NCBI GenBank assembly: GCA_011109175.1
Contig: RDEW01000047.1
Location: forward strand, 20,324 to 84,323
Direction: 5' to 3'
DNA: 64,000 nucleotides
DNA from: Dicyema japonicum
Lineage: Eukaryota; Animalia; Dicyemida
The first letter of the stretch is position 1, and each line of letters opens with the position of its first letter. Below the pieces are notes generated by a model that was given only the letters and a program-made list of their open reading frames with translations, did no database searches and had not been told where the DNA came from. Below are positions 11,511 to 23,800 of the stretch, piece after piece. Position numbers and translations under genes: made by a program.

Positions 11511-12738
11511 TTACTTTTGTATTTTCCTGTGTTTACGGTAATAAATCGAAAAATAACAAAAACTTGTTGAAAGAATTATAGATATTTTTGCCAGTTGATT
11601 TTTTTTCATAAGTATAATAACAAATAATTCTTCCTTGACAGTTATATCATAGAAAATTAAACAGGAAAATACACATAGTTTCGCGATATCAATCGTATCG
11701 CTAAAACTCAATCGATTGCGATCGACCAAAAAACTCCACGCGATCGACCGGTTGGCCTCCCCTGCTCTAAGTGTAGTTGTTCAAAGCGAAAGCGTCTATA
11801 CACGTTACATACAAGTTTCCCAGTCACGAACAGAAATATGGTCAATCCATCTGATCATTTTTCATCACGTCTACAAATTAGACTACTTTGGATAACCAGG
11901 CGCTTCCAAAAACAGTTTAATTACTTCAGTAAAGGCTTTATGCCTAAGGACCCTGCCGGCTCTCCCCTTGGACGCGATAGGAAAAGGTCCAAAACTATCA
12001 ATGCTCACCACATCCGAATCTTTAGTCCAAGGCGAATTGAGTCTTCGTCCAGAAAAGTTCCCAATACTCCACATGGGATGGTATTGAGCAAAACACCAGG
12101 TTTCCACGGCGAAGCTTAAACTAGACAAGAGTCTACTTTTAATCCATTCGAAAATCCGACAGATGATGGTTATGTCAAAATCGGCCAGCCATCAATTTTC
12201 CATGATAACAGTCTATTAATGAACAAAAATCTTTGTTTTATAACAAGAAGTATCAAGAAAAGTCTAAAATCTAAAGAATAAGGTAAATTTTATACCAAAA
12301 GTCCTAAAATCGACGTCAAATGCTGTATTTGTATCTCAGTAAATGATTCAGCCTAATTCTGACTCCTAGGATACCTTAGCCTGTAATATTGACCTTTCCA
12401 CGCTTTCTACAGGTCACAGTGCCAAATAACCTTTCATAAACGTCTCCACTAAGTAGCCAAGAAGAATTTTAGCATCATTTGTAACTACAAATTCATAAAT
12501 CGATTTACTCTTAGAATTCTGTGGTCCTAGAACTTCCTTTAGTTTTTCGTCTAGGAATTTCTAAGTTTACCACTTTGCCATACAAGAAGGTTCGTCTCCA
12601 AATTTGATTTGTTCATGTGATAGAGAAAAACAGAAAATTAAATTATTAAAAATATTAATGGTAAATATATATTTTTATCATTTAAATTTTCGTATCCCCG
12701 GAAAAATTTCCACGTTATCTCCCTCATTGGATATCAAC

Positions 12739-12785
12739 CCCGGCTTCCCACTTGCTGGCGAAGCCGGGGTTAATAATTTAATTTA
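12739..12785 (+). mobile_element. 47-bp hairpin retro-insertion with 13-bp TSD
   Basis: ATTGGATATCAAC at 12726-12738 and 12786-12798; a single copy at the empty site 27118-27130. Confidence 0.85.
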
Positions 12786-13309
12786 ATTGGATATCAACTA
12801 AAGCCGTCAGAAGCCTTGATGTAAATAAGCTTCTGTAGCGTTTTCAACCTACTGTTAACGAAAGCGAAGCTTCTGCGTGAAGTTCGCGTCGACTTGGCGC
12901 GCCTAAGTTGTGGTCATTATTTTAATTTATATTCAAATCTTTACAGGATTGGATAATCGTTCTCTCCACTATACCCATCGTGCTTTCTTGACGACCAGAA
13001 GACGGGTCAACTTTTCTTTTGTCGGGATCCACCTTCTAGTTCTCTACAGAACCGAATATATTTGTCGGATCTCAAGGAGCTTCCGATCTTGCCAGCAAAG
13101 TTTTTGTTAGTCTCCGGTTTTTTCACTTGAAAGGACCGGGGTTAAATAAATAAATTCCCCGTTATCTCTTGGACAGATTCCATGAAAATTGAAGATACTT
13201 CTAAAATTACGGAACGATGAACTTCTGGAAAATCTGAGTCTTCAATGCATCTAGAATCCTTAATACAAGAACCAAAGAACTGCCGTTGCGACTACAAAGA
13301 ACCAGGACA

Positions 13310-14010
13310 CTTTTATATTTGTTACTCCACTTTCGTCATATTTTACCGCTTATTTGTATCAAGGTAGTTTTAATTTGCACTTGTATTTTTTGGTGGTCAA
13401 TTTTGTCTAAAAACGTGCTTATATTAATTGACTTTAATTCCCGCGTAAAAATACCTAATAAAAACAAAACATACAATTTCCTTTACTCAGCCCATAACGT
13501 CACATATTGTATCAATGACAGCAGTTCTGCAGTCCCTGGTAAGAATATTATATCTCTTTTGGCTGTCTGGATTTTTCTTTACTCCCTCTTAAGTTTCGTA
13601 GGTTTCTACTTTGGATGTAAGCGAAAGGTAGGTTTTTGATACATTTAGACTAATATTCTGGTGTTTAACAAATTTCCTCGAACAATTCCCAATATTTCAA
13701 TCAATGTTGCCGGGAGAGACTTTTTATACGTTTTCTGTAGTCTGTACTCATTTTGCTGCATTTTTGATGGAATATGGTAAATATTTGAATCATTATTAAG
13801 GGATTACTCTTTCTTTAACATGTACGGACAACTGTTGTTGTTAGTTGTGTTGACTCTAATGGCCATCAGTCTTGCTTCGTTCATATTCGTGTACTACTAA
13901 TTGCTGTGTGAGGATTATTGGTGATAGTGGAGGGCCTTCAATTCTGGGATATACATCATTAACCGTTTTTATTCAAATTTTTTTCTATTTTGTGAAATGT
14001 ACTATTGACT
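13310..14010 (+). pseudogene. TM9SF / endomembrane protein 70 family pseudogene (C-terminal part, introns retained)
   Basis: SSSAVP..LLAVWIFLYSLLSFVGFYFG..NKFPRTIP..VYY*LLCEDYW**WRAF matches TM9SF motifs. Stops at 13898, 13922 and 13925; micro-introns 13628-13648 and 13777-13800. Confidence 0.75.
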
Positions 14011-16102
14011 TTGATATGTGAACTTTTCATATTTGGTGGTCAGACATATGTGGTAATTAACGTGGTTATGTCTTATCAGTTGCCTATACTCTTTGCTCGT
14101 AAGAGGCATTAGTTGCGATCCAACACGGTTCAGTAAAGTAGTTGATCTGCTTACAATGACGGACACTGGCTCACATTGAAATGTCCATCTAATATTGTGC
14201 GAGAATTTTTCATCACAAGACAATTTTTAACGCGTGGTCCACAAATGAGATAGAAAAATCTTTTTAATATTAAAGATATCTTAGGAATTATGTAGGAATG
14301 GGATCGTGGTACAAGCGATATGTTTTTATTCTAACATTGTCGACTTACTTTTCATTCCATAAAATTTAATCCTCGTTGCGTCATTATACTAAGAATCATT
14401 ATTGGAACATAAGAAAAAAAAGTCAGTTCTTAGTCTATTTAAAAGAAGCCGTTTATTCTGATTTGTGGGGTATCTTTATAAATAGTCTAGTTGCATATGT
14501 TTTCGCAAAAAAATCTTATAGTTTTCCTGGTTCAGACAACTGGAGGAATAATTGAAAATCGCTTCTATTTTTCAAAAACATGGACGTCCGGCAACAATCA
14601 GAGGTATCGCATGACATATGTGAGACCCAGTTGCTTCTCAAGTTGCCATTAAAGCAATTTAAAATGTGTCAGCAGCAACCAATTATTTAAGGTATTTTTT
14701 ATAATATTAAATTCGTATTTAGAATAGAAAAGTTGTAATTATCAAGAGCAAACCAAAGCAATCATATTAAACATTCCGATACTCTAATATAAAGATGACT
14801 ATATAAAAATTATGTCACTATTCACATGTCCAGTAGAACCATTCGAAAGACCAATGATAACCAAATTAACTACTTCTTGACCATGACTCGTTCCACCGTT
14901 CAGACTTGTCTCCAAGACAACATTGTCCTTTGAGGAAAGAATAGTTGGATCCTCTTGATGCCGGCCAGGCATTGACCGTCTCCTAAGTAACGTGGATCCA
15001 ACAACGGGATTGGAGGAAAGGAAAATAATTCTAGACCAACTAGCTATATAGCATCATTAAATAACTTAATTAAAATAATCTATTAATTAATCTAGAAAGC
15101 CACGACGCACGTGAGACCCGGTGGCTACACCAGTTGATCTCTGTTGCAATCGTGAAAGGCAACGCAACGTCGATAATGTCGGCGAGGTACACTTTGGATA
15201 GATGGCAGTTTTAAATATGATTTACTATCTATAAATTGTAATTCAAAAAAAATCGGGTCAAATTTTCCAAATAAAACCTTCCAAAAATAGGCCCATGGCT
15301 ATCTAAGAACTCGTGTTACGAAAGTTGTTCAAAATATACCTTCTTGTCGATTCTAGTAAGTCTCAGGTCATAGTTTTACAACGACTAACTTAACCTCTTA
15401 GATGAATTTCATAAGTAAAAGGCTAGACAAGCCTAAAGGACATATATTCTTTCGATATTGATAGACATGTCAAAGACATCACTATTAAACCAGCAACTGT
15501 TAACTTAACCATCAAAGTTAATTGTGGTTCATCGATTTTACAAGACCACTCAAATCGTTAAAAATCACTGAAAGAACGCAAACATACATTCAATCGCTGG
15601 TAATCGAAAGACTTTGGAGTAACTTAATGTCCAAAATTACGTATGAGGCTGAGGTTCGGTGATGTAATATTAAGTTTAACGAATAGATAAATAATAATTT
15701 CAAATGGACTGTAAAGTATCCAGAAAAAAGTGTATTAGTGACATAGCTGGAAACATGTTAGATTGTTGAGAAGAGTTATTAACACTAAAATCTGTTAAAA
15801 TCACTATAAGTGGAATCGTCCTATTATTTCTCAAATACAAATTTACAGAATGTGTCAATCAGATTGATTAATTCTTTAATATCTAAAAATTATTTATTTG
15901 GTCAATAATGAATTATATCTCGTATTCGATAAAAATCTTGGTTAAGTTTGTGCATGAAATGTTTTTATTTGGCAGATACATTAAGTTTGAATGAAAAATT
16001 GTCCATATTTAGGTCAAATATATGAATAATTGATTTCATAAAATCGTTCTAATTAAACAGATTTTTTCAGTTTAACTGATATTGTTACGCTAAGAAAACG
16101 TA

Positions 16103-18356
16103 ATGATTTCTGAAGAGGACAGATTTAAGCAGCTGCTAGATATATGTTTAAAAGAAAACACACTTTTTTTAGATAACGAATTTACACGTTCATTTTAGTT
16201 TATTTTATAAAGTCAATAACTTCGATGGAATTTCAGATTTTAAATTGAAACGTATAACGGTACTTTAAGTTTGTGTTAATATTTTCAATTCAAATATTTA
16301 ATTGTAGGATGTTTATTCGAATTCAGAGTTCATAGTCGATGATGCTACAAGAAGAGATGTAAACCAAGGACGATTAGGTGAAGCTAATTTTGACTTAATT
16401 TATAGGTAACTGCTGGTTTCTCGCGGCAGTTGCATCGTTAACACTACGTAAAGATCTTTTGCTTAAGGTTATTGGAATGAATATTGGAATAAATTATGCA
16501 GGAATTTATTACATGAAATTTTGGATTGGGGGAATTTACCGAGGTATCATAATCGACGATATACTTCCTTTTAATGGTGATGAACCTCTATTCGCGTGGT
16601 CAACAACTTTGAGGGAAAGTTGGATATGTTTGCTAGAGAAAGCCTATGCCAAGTATCTAATGTCTATAATATGCAGATTATCTGGTTCGTATGATGCTTT
16701 AAAATATGGAAATTTGATGGAGGGAATGCTCGACCTTATGGGTGGAATTGGAATTATTCAATCAGTCTCTGAAATATCAAATCATGACACTATACCAAAT
16801 TTAGTGAAACAAGCTAGTGATATGAACGGTTTAGCGATGTGTGCAATAAACGTTGATTTAGTGGAAAAATTTTAGAAAGATGGTAACGCAAATATATTGA
16901 AAAATGGACTCGTCAACAAACATGCTTATTCTATCACGGGATCAATTAATCCAAATGATAAAGCAGATGACATTAGACATAAATATCCATCTGAATTGTT
17001 ACTTAGACTGAGAAATCCATGGGGACATGTAGAGTGGAATGGGCCATGGTCCGATTCTTCAGATGAATGGAAAGGTATTGATGAAGACACCAAAAAAGAA
17101 ATCGGACTTGTATATAAAGATGATGGGGAATTTTGGTATTTTGAGTAGCAAATATTTTTAGGATAAGCTATACGGATTTTCTCGACAATTTCAAATCTAT
17201 ATCTGTTTGTATTCCTATCGAAGAAGGAATGAAGGATTATAGCTTTAATGACACGTGGCACGATCAAGTTTTTCCCAATTGTATGTGTATTTAACGATGT
17301 TAGATCCATATCGTAATTTCTCCATAGGAGCCCAAGAAGAACTAATAGTTTATCTGTGTCTTTCTCACTATGATTATCGAAGAAATGGACTAGACATGCC
17401 AAAGACAAGAATAGAAATTTATGACGAAAATAAGTATATAAAAATCAAAGATAATAGAATATTGATTTACAGATCAATTCAACAAGAAAGAGATCACCTA
17501 TTTAGTTTATCTCTTAAGCCTGCTAATTATTTTGTTAACATCACTAAATTTGACGGACTTGATGGACGTTTTTACCTTAGAATTGTTTCTAAAGGAAACA
17601 TCACTGCAAGGCAATATTAATTAAACATAATTATAGAATGCTTGGACAAACATTATTTAGTCATAAAAAAGTGCCTTAATTGATTACTTTAGGAAATTTA
17701 TAATTTTAACAACTCTATGACACCTGATGTGACGAATAAATTTAAGAAACATGGAGATTCTAAAATGAAAATTGATAAAAAGGCAAAATTCTCAACGAAT
17801 TAAAAACGTCAAGTACCCAATAGATTTATTTTTAGACACAAATGAACCAACGTTCAGCTGTTTGATTGTAAATGAGATTTTTTTACATTGTCTGGTTTTA
17901 TTTGATTATATGTTACTTAGAAAAAGTCGGAGGTACGACTTAGTTATGAAAAATTTCAAGAAATATGGAACATGTTGTGCAAAGCCGAAGTTTGAGGTTT
18001 TATTTCATTTCTAGAAGTCATTTATGAAATTTGCATCTAAAAATAATGGAAAAATTAAAAATATGTGCGCAGCTTTCAAGGATTTCGGTTTGGATTGTTA
18101 ATTGACTTAAGGCTACACTCTCGGGATACCTGAATTGGATTTATTGGCGACCAAATACACAGACGAGAATGGAAATTTACCTTTTGATTGTTTTTTCATA
18201 TGTTTGGTGAAAATAAAAAACTGCTACGGTTTGAAATTCTAAATATTTTTAGAGCAATTTAGTAATATGCTAAAAGAAGAAAATAAAACGTTTGGCATTC
18301 AAGAGGTTTGAAATTATAAAGATATTCCTTAGTTTATGCAATTGAGACTAACATAA
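16103..18356 (+). CDS. Classical calpain (CysPc + C2-like domain III + penta-EF), about 15 micro-introns
   Basis: Spliced reading gives QGRLGNCWFLAAVASL (Cys), KHAYSIT (His), LRNPWG (Asn), GEFW and EF-hand-like KYTDENGNLPFDCFFICLV. Introns: 16188-16212, 16260-16307, 16378-16405, 16653-16676, 16852-16875, 17136-17161, 17281-17303, 17611-17636 (GC-AG), 17671-17692, an unresolved junction near 17783-17835, 17895-17920, 17990-18014, 18088-18111, 18229-18252, 18306-18332. Confidence 0.92.
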
Positions 18357-18689
18357 GTCGAACAACTAATCTACTAACGGAAAATTCACAATTAATTAAC
18401 GATAACAAAAAAACTCACAATAACTAAACTTTCAGTTGGTTACTAATTTAATTATTTGTTTATCTTTGCCATCAACGTGGAATAAGAAAACAAAGAAACT
18501 GAAGACTCTTTCAATATAATCTGTTGTCGCAACTGAATTTGTGGAGATTTGTGTAGACACGGAGATCAATACAGATACGGCTGTAACGAATAACAAATCC
18601 GACATTTTTGTATATGTTAAGAGAAAAAATACGATTAATTTTGTTGAAATTCGGATCACTTTTCAAAACTACCAAAAGCAGGTCGAGGT

Positions 18690-19040
18690 AGAACAGTTCC
18701 TATGACCTACTGGAGAACGACTTGAGATTATCGTTGCGCAAAAATGAAAATAATCCTTGTGGTCATCACCTTGGATAAAATTATCTCCAGATTCTTCAAA
18801 GGCCACCTGGATGCCTTCAAGGTGGAGGAGAGAGTCAAAGCTTATATACAGACGGTAGTGTTACGGAAGACTTTGGAAAGTATGCAAGCTGAAAAGAGGC
18901 ATGGAGTATCAATGCCTGTTGATGAGGAAGACGGCATGGAATGTCAACCTAGGGTAGTCTCTGAATGTGGTGTATGCAGCGACGCGAACACGCCTATAAA
19001 GGCGATAGGGGTGGACCCCAAGAAGAGAAGATTGAGTTAG
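18690..19040 (+). mobile_element. R4/Dong-like RLE retrotransposon 3' fragment
   Basis: IILVVITLD..KAYIQTVVLRKTLESM parallels the C-terminus of the 3421-5150 relic (IVPIVLTW..VIRKTFESM). Confidence 0.6.
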
Positions 19041-19742
19041 ACGGGCGTTATAAATATTACTTTTACTTATTGTTTGATTAAAAAAATAATATTTGGAAGA
19101 GTTAATTAGTTAAAAGTAAATGGAACATGGGAAGAACACCGAGCAAGAATGAGATGGCTACTCGAGGCGGCCGGAATCATTTGACGTGTATGTAGTTATT
19201 TAATTGTTGGTGATTTTTGGTTTCTAATAATAATAATAATTACTCCCTTGACAATCTGTTCTACGACAGATTCTATCGCAGCTAGATGAATTAGTAATCC
19301 TCAATGACAAAAAATCTCACATTCGAACAGCTTTCATCGCTGGGCATTTCAATACTTCTCCGAACCTCACTGTATGTTCTTCATCGCTATCTTCGGCGAT
19401 ATCCTGGAAAGTTATAAATGACTTCCACTCTGACCATAATCAGATTCTTCTTTCATCAAGCTACTTCGATTATTGTAAAGCCACAGAATACCATACTAAA
19501 TTATAAACTTGCAAAAAGAGATTCATTCAACAAAGAAACAGAAAAAATAGTACAATCCGACACAGAAGTGGGTCAAAATTTCCCTAATTTTGAGATTTTC
19601 TCAAAAAATTGAGGATTTTCTTAAAAAAGCATAAATTTATTTTTATAATAAAAAATTACAAACGTGTAAATTATATATTTTTATTTTGATAAGAAATATG
19701 TCAGTTTCATGCGATTTTGTATTTTTCGTAGTTGATGTGCAA

Positions 19743-20812
19743 TACAGTCTAACCTCCATTTGGAATATCAAGTTTTTCAAAAACATAGGTTGCTCCAAAA
19801 ATAGAAATTACTTAAAAATCGTACGAAAATTTGTTATAATTGAGTACATAACTATACTTCGTTGATTAAAAACCTTAGAATTTAACGGAAAACTAAAATT
19901 AAAGTAATCAGTAGTTTTTTGTCCATGACCATATTTAAATTTTAAATTGCGCATGAATATTTTTTCTAAAATAATAAAAATCTTTAAGACAATTCGGCAA
20001 CATATTTAAAATGTTTTCCTCAACTTTATTTATGTTATCAATAGCTATTCTGATAGTTACATATTCAGCCTCAATTCCATTATAAAAATTTTGCTCATGA
20101 CTCAGGGTTATTTTTTCTAAAACATATTCGATAGCTATTTCAATTTTATTCATTGATGAAATGACCATTACGATTATCGGATTGGTGTTTTCTAAAAACT
20201 TTTTCCCAACAATTAATAATGATTTCTGATGAAACCTCCTTCCATGCATCAGAAGTCAATAATAGCACTTGAAGTAAATTTATCTTCTTTAGGGACTCAA
20301 TAAAAAATTCTTGATCGTCAGTGAAACATAAATAATCTATTAAAGATGTAAAATAGTGCTCCTTGACAATTTGATAATTCTACAATCCAGTGGCTTGACT
20401 ACTGGGGTTGTGTTTTTAGGTAAGAAAAATAAGTCCATGTTAGAGAATTCCAGATTATTATGAGTCTCTGCATTGTCGAATAGAAGAATAATTTACCGAT
20501 TTTGTGATAAAAAATGTTCATTAATCCTATGGGGCCAACATCTCTTCACATCTTTTCTCATACATGAATTTTTGGATGAAGAATTGACAACACTATGGTT
20601 TTTCGGGAGGAAATTCTTAGAGCAAACTTTCCAATAATCAAATAGTCTAATTTTTCTCCTGTATAGTTCCAGCAGAGCAAGACAGTTATTTTTTCTTTGT
20701 TCTGTTTGAAACCAAATGATTCTTCTTTGTTTAAAATAAAATTTTTTTTGACTACGTCTGAAAAAAGACACGTTTCGTCGCAATTGAAAATGTTTTGTTT
20801 ATGCATATTCGT
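19743..20812 (-). mobile_element. Tigger/pogo-like DDE transposase relic, interrupted by an RTE fragment
   Basis: NIFNCDETCLF..GFKQNKEKITVLLCWNYTGEKL..LIIGK. TA-CAGT end near 19743; frameshifted. Confidence 0.75.
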
Positions 20813-23800
20813 CAATTAGGTTGCTCCAAGCTCTTCTGTTCTTTGCTAGGTCCCTCAGTGTGTCCAAATCGTCACCAGATGCCAATGTTTTCTTCACGAC
20901 TTTCAGATCGTTTTGTAGAACGACCGGGAGGGTAGTTCTCGGTCTTCCACGAAAGCGTTTTAAATTGGAGGAGTAGTAATCTTCCATTGCGATGTTCGGA
21001 GGGGATATCGGGTCCAACCTTAGAACGTGTCCAAAAAGTCTCCAACGAGAGCTAATGATCTCGTGGCTTAATGGTTTACAGTCACACTTATTGTACAGTC
21101 CATTCCGCGAGATCTTGGATGGCCAGGACATTCCAGTTATGTTTCTTAGATGATACCTATGAAATGAGTCTAGCCTCTCCAATTCCTCTTTAGAAATGGC
21201 CCAGGTCCCAGAGTTTTATAGTAGAATTGGTTTGATGAAAGTGTTGTATAACATAATCCTTTTTTTATGTTATTTCCTTTCTGTTTTAGCCAAAAATTTT
21301 TAAGCCTTTGTAATGCCGAATTTGCCAATGTTTTTCTCCGTATGATGTCTTCGCTAAATAGTTGAACGTGTTGTATTAAATCTAAACAGTCGACCTCGCA
21401 AATTGCCATTTTGGTTTTTTTTAATTTTTAGTCAAAATTGAGAAATGGCCAATACAGTGATTTTTCTCGATTTGTGGGAATTTTCAATAAAACTTGAATT
21501 TTTAAGCGACTTGTGTATTTTGGTATATCCAGTTCTCATGGTTAAGTGAGACACATCATTTCCAAGCAACACATCAATTCATATTCGTCATTGTGGAACC
21601 CAACCACTAAGTAGGAAAGAACAAGATCTTTTTTAAAGCAGGCAAGACTCTAAAAGTTTCCTGTCTTAGGTGGATTCTATAACTCAGTGTGTCCAAAACG
21701 TCACCAGATGCCAATGTTTTCTTCACGGCTTTCAGATCGTTTTGTAGAACGACCGGGAGGGTAGTTCTCGGTCTTCCACGAAAGCGTTTTACATTGGAGG
21801 AGTAGTAATCTTCCATTGCGATGTTCGGAGGGGATATCGGGTCCAACCTTAGGACGTGTCCAAAAAGTCTCCAACGAGAGCTAATGATCTCGTGGCTTAA
21901 TGGTTTACAGTCACACGTATTGTACAGTCCATTCCGCGAGATCTTGGATGGCCAGGACATTCCAGTTATGTTTCTTAGATGATACCTGTGAAATGAGTCT
22001 AGCCTCTCCAATTCCTCTTTAGAAATGGCCCAGGTCCCAGAGTTGTATAGTAGAATTGGTTTGATGAAAGTGTCGTATAACATAATCCTTTTTTTATGTT
22101 ATATCCTTTAGAAATGGCCCAGGTCCCAGAGTTGTATAGTAGAATTGGTTTGATGAAAGTGTCGTATAACATAATCCTTTTTTTATGTTATATCCTTTCC
22201 GTTTTAGCCAAAAATTTTTAAGCCTTTGTAATGCCGCATTTGCCAATGTTTTTCTCCGTATGATGTCTTCGCTAAATAGTTGAATGTGTTGTATTAAATC
22301 TAAACAGTCGACCCTCGCAAATTGGCCATTTTGGTTTTTTTTAATTTTTAGTCAAAATTGAGAAATGGCCAATACAGTGATTTTTCTCGATTTGTGGAAA
22401 TTTTCAATAAAACTTGAATTTTTAAGCGACTTGTGTATTTTGGTATATCCAGTTCTCCTGGTTAAGTGAGACACATCATTTCCAAGCAACACATCAATTC
22501 ATGTTCGTCACTTTGGAATCCAACCACTAAGTAGGAAAGAACAAGATCTTTTTTTATGCAGGCAAGACTCTACGAGTTTCCTGACTTAGGTGGATTCTAT
22601 GAAGCTTCTTAAGAATTCAAAAAAACGAAAAACAGAAAGGGATCTTTCGATCAAGCAAGTAACGTTTGGGAATCGAACTTACAGCTATTCGCGACGCGCG
22701 CGTTAGCAAAAGTTTTAAGAAACTGGTAAATTTTAGATAAAAGTTGAACTTTTTTATAAAAAAAATTAACGCAGAAATTGACCGATAATTAGGAATTTTT
22801 TCTTTCATCAATAACTTCTATAGACCTGAATAACCCAATGCTAGTTGTATATAAATAGGAAATCGTCTGCGGATTTATCAAAAACGCAGATGCGATTTTA
22901 ACACCGCTTTAGTCTTGTTCCTTCCACTATCGACGAGATCTTAGAAAGATCTTTCAAATCAATTCATTAATACTGCACTTTACGAAGAACCNTCATCAAT
23001 AACTTCTATAGACCTGAATAACCCAATGCTAGTTGTATGTAAATAGGAAATCTTCTGCGGATTTATCAAAAACGCAGATGCGATTTTAACACCGCTTTAG
23101 TCTTTTTCCTTCCACTATCGACGAGATCTTAGAAAGATCTTTCAACCAATTCATTAATACTGCACTTTACGAAGAACCATATTAGCTATCGCTATTCCTA
23201 GGCAGGACACACTCTTTATTTTTAAGCAATAATAATAATAATTTGGTAAGACATACTTTAAACCTGAAATGGTATAGTCTATGTTTACTTCGGACAAAAG
23301 TTTGGGGAAGAAGACTGTCACCTTAAAATTGGACAACGTTGAAATCCTCTTTAGCAAATGTCATATGATCCTGGTCATGACACTGGATACCCAGTTATGT
23401 TTGTCACCACACGTGGCAAACATTGTTCTGAAGTTCAAGAAGAAAATCAATGTATTGAAATATTTATCTGGAATATGGAAGACCGGTACCCACCCGGTCT
23501 TGATGAATATCTACAAGCAATACATTGAACCATGCTTCTCGTACGCGTGTCCTTCATGGGGACCTTCATTATCATGGACGAATACTAAGAAAATCGAGTA
23601 CGTACAAAAGAAGGTTTTCAGAGTAACGGAGCGGTGGACTTGTGTGAGACACGGAAACGGACCGACTACTCTGGAAGCCTCATAAAACTAAACTCTAGCA
23701 TGCGGGAAGGTGGCCCTGCAAATACAGTCAGCCGCTCAGTACGAGCTTGTGTGGTCACGAGGGAGGAGCACCGGGAAAGGATGAAGATTTTGATGAACGC

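Larger units (their letters stand above)
9883..11764. mobile_element. Non-autonomous hAT (Charlie/Buster-type) element with nested SINE and CRE fragment; duplicate at 24703-26152
   Basis: Left end CATCTGTGGCCAACC, right end GGTTGGCCTCCCCTG (CAGGGGxGGCCAACC-type TIR), with subterminal GCGATCGAC motifs at both ends. The TSD is degenerate. Confidence 0.55.
6975..13305 (+). repeat. Large near-identical duplication, copy A (copy B at 20813-27636)
   Basis: Colinear, near-identical sequence; ORF pairs 8728/23281, 9081/23634 and 12910/27242 are almost identical. Confidence 0.9.

Noticed and set aside
13895-13930. Alternative genetic code (TAA=Gln, TGA/TAG=Trp) suggested by stops in TM9SF and CELF
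   Set aside because: Intact genes splice into open frames under the standard code and end in TAA (calpain, SMAD-like) or TGA (LSM7). The stops are pseudogene lesions.
16926-17408. 160-aa antisense ORF over calpain, and similar shadow ORFs (49146, 36179, 63551, 37453)
   Set aside because: They lie opposite real exons or run through SINE sequence, with no independent motifs.
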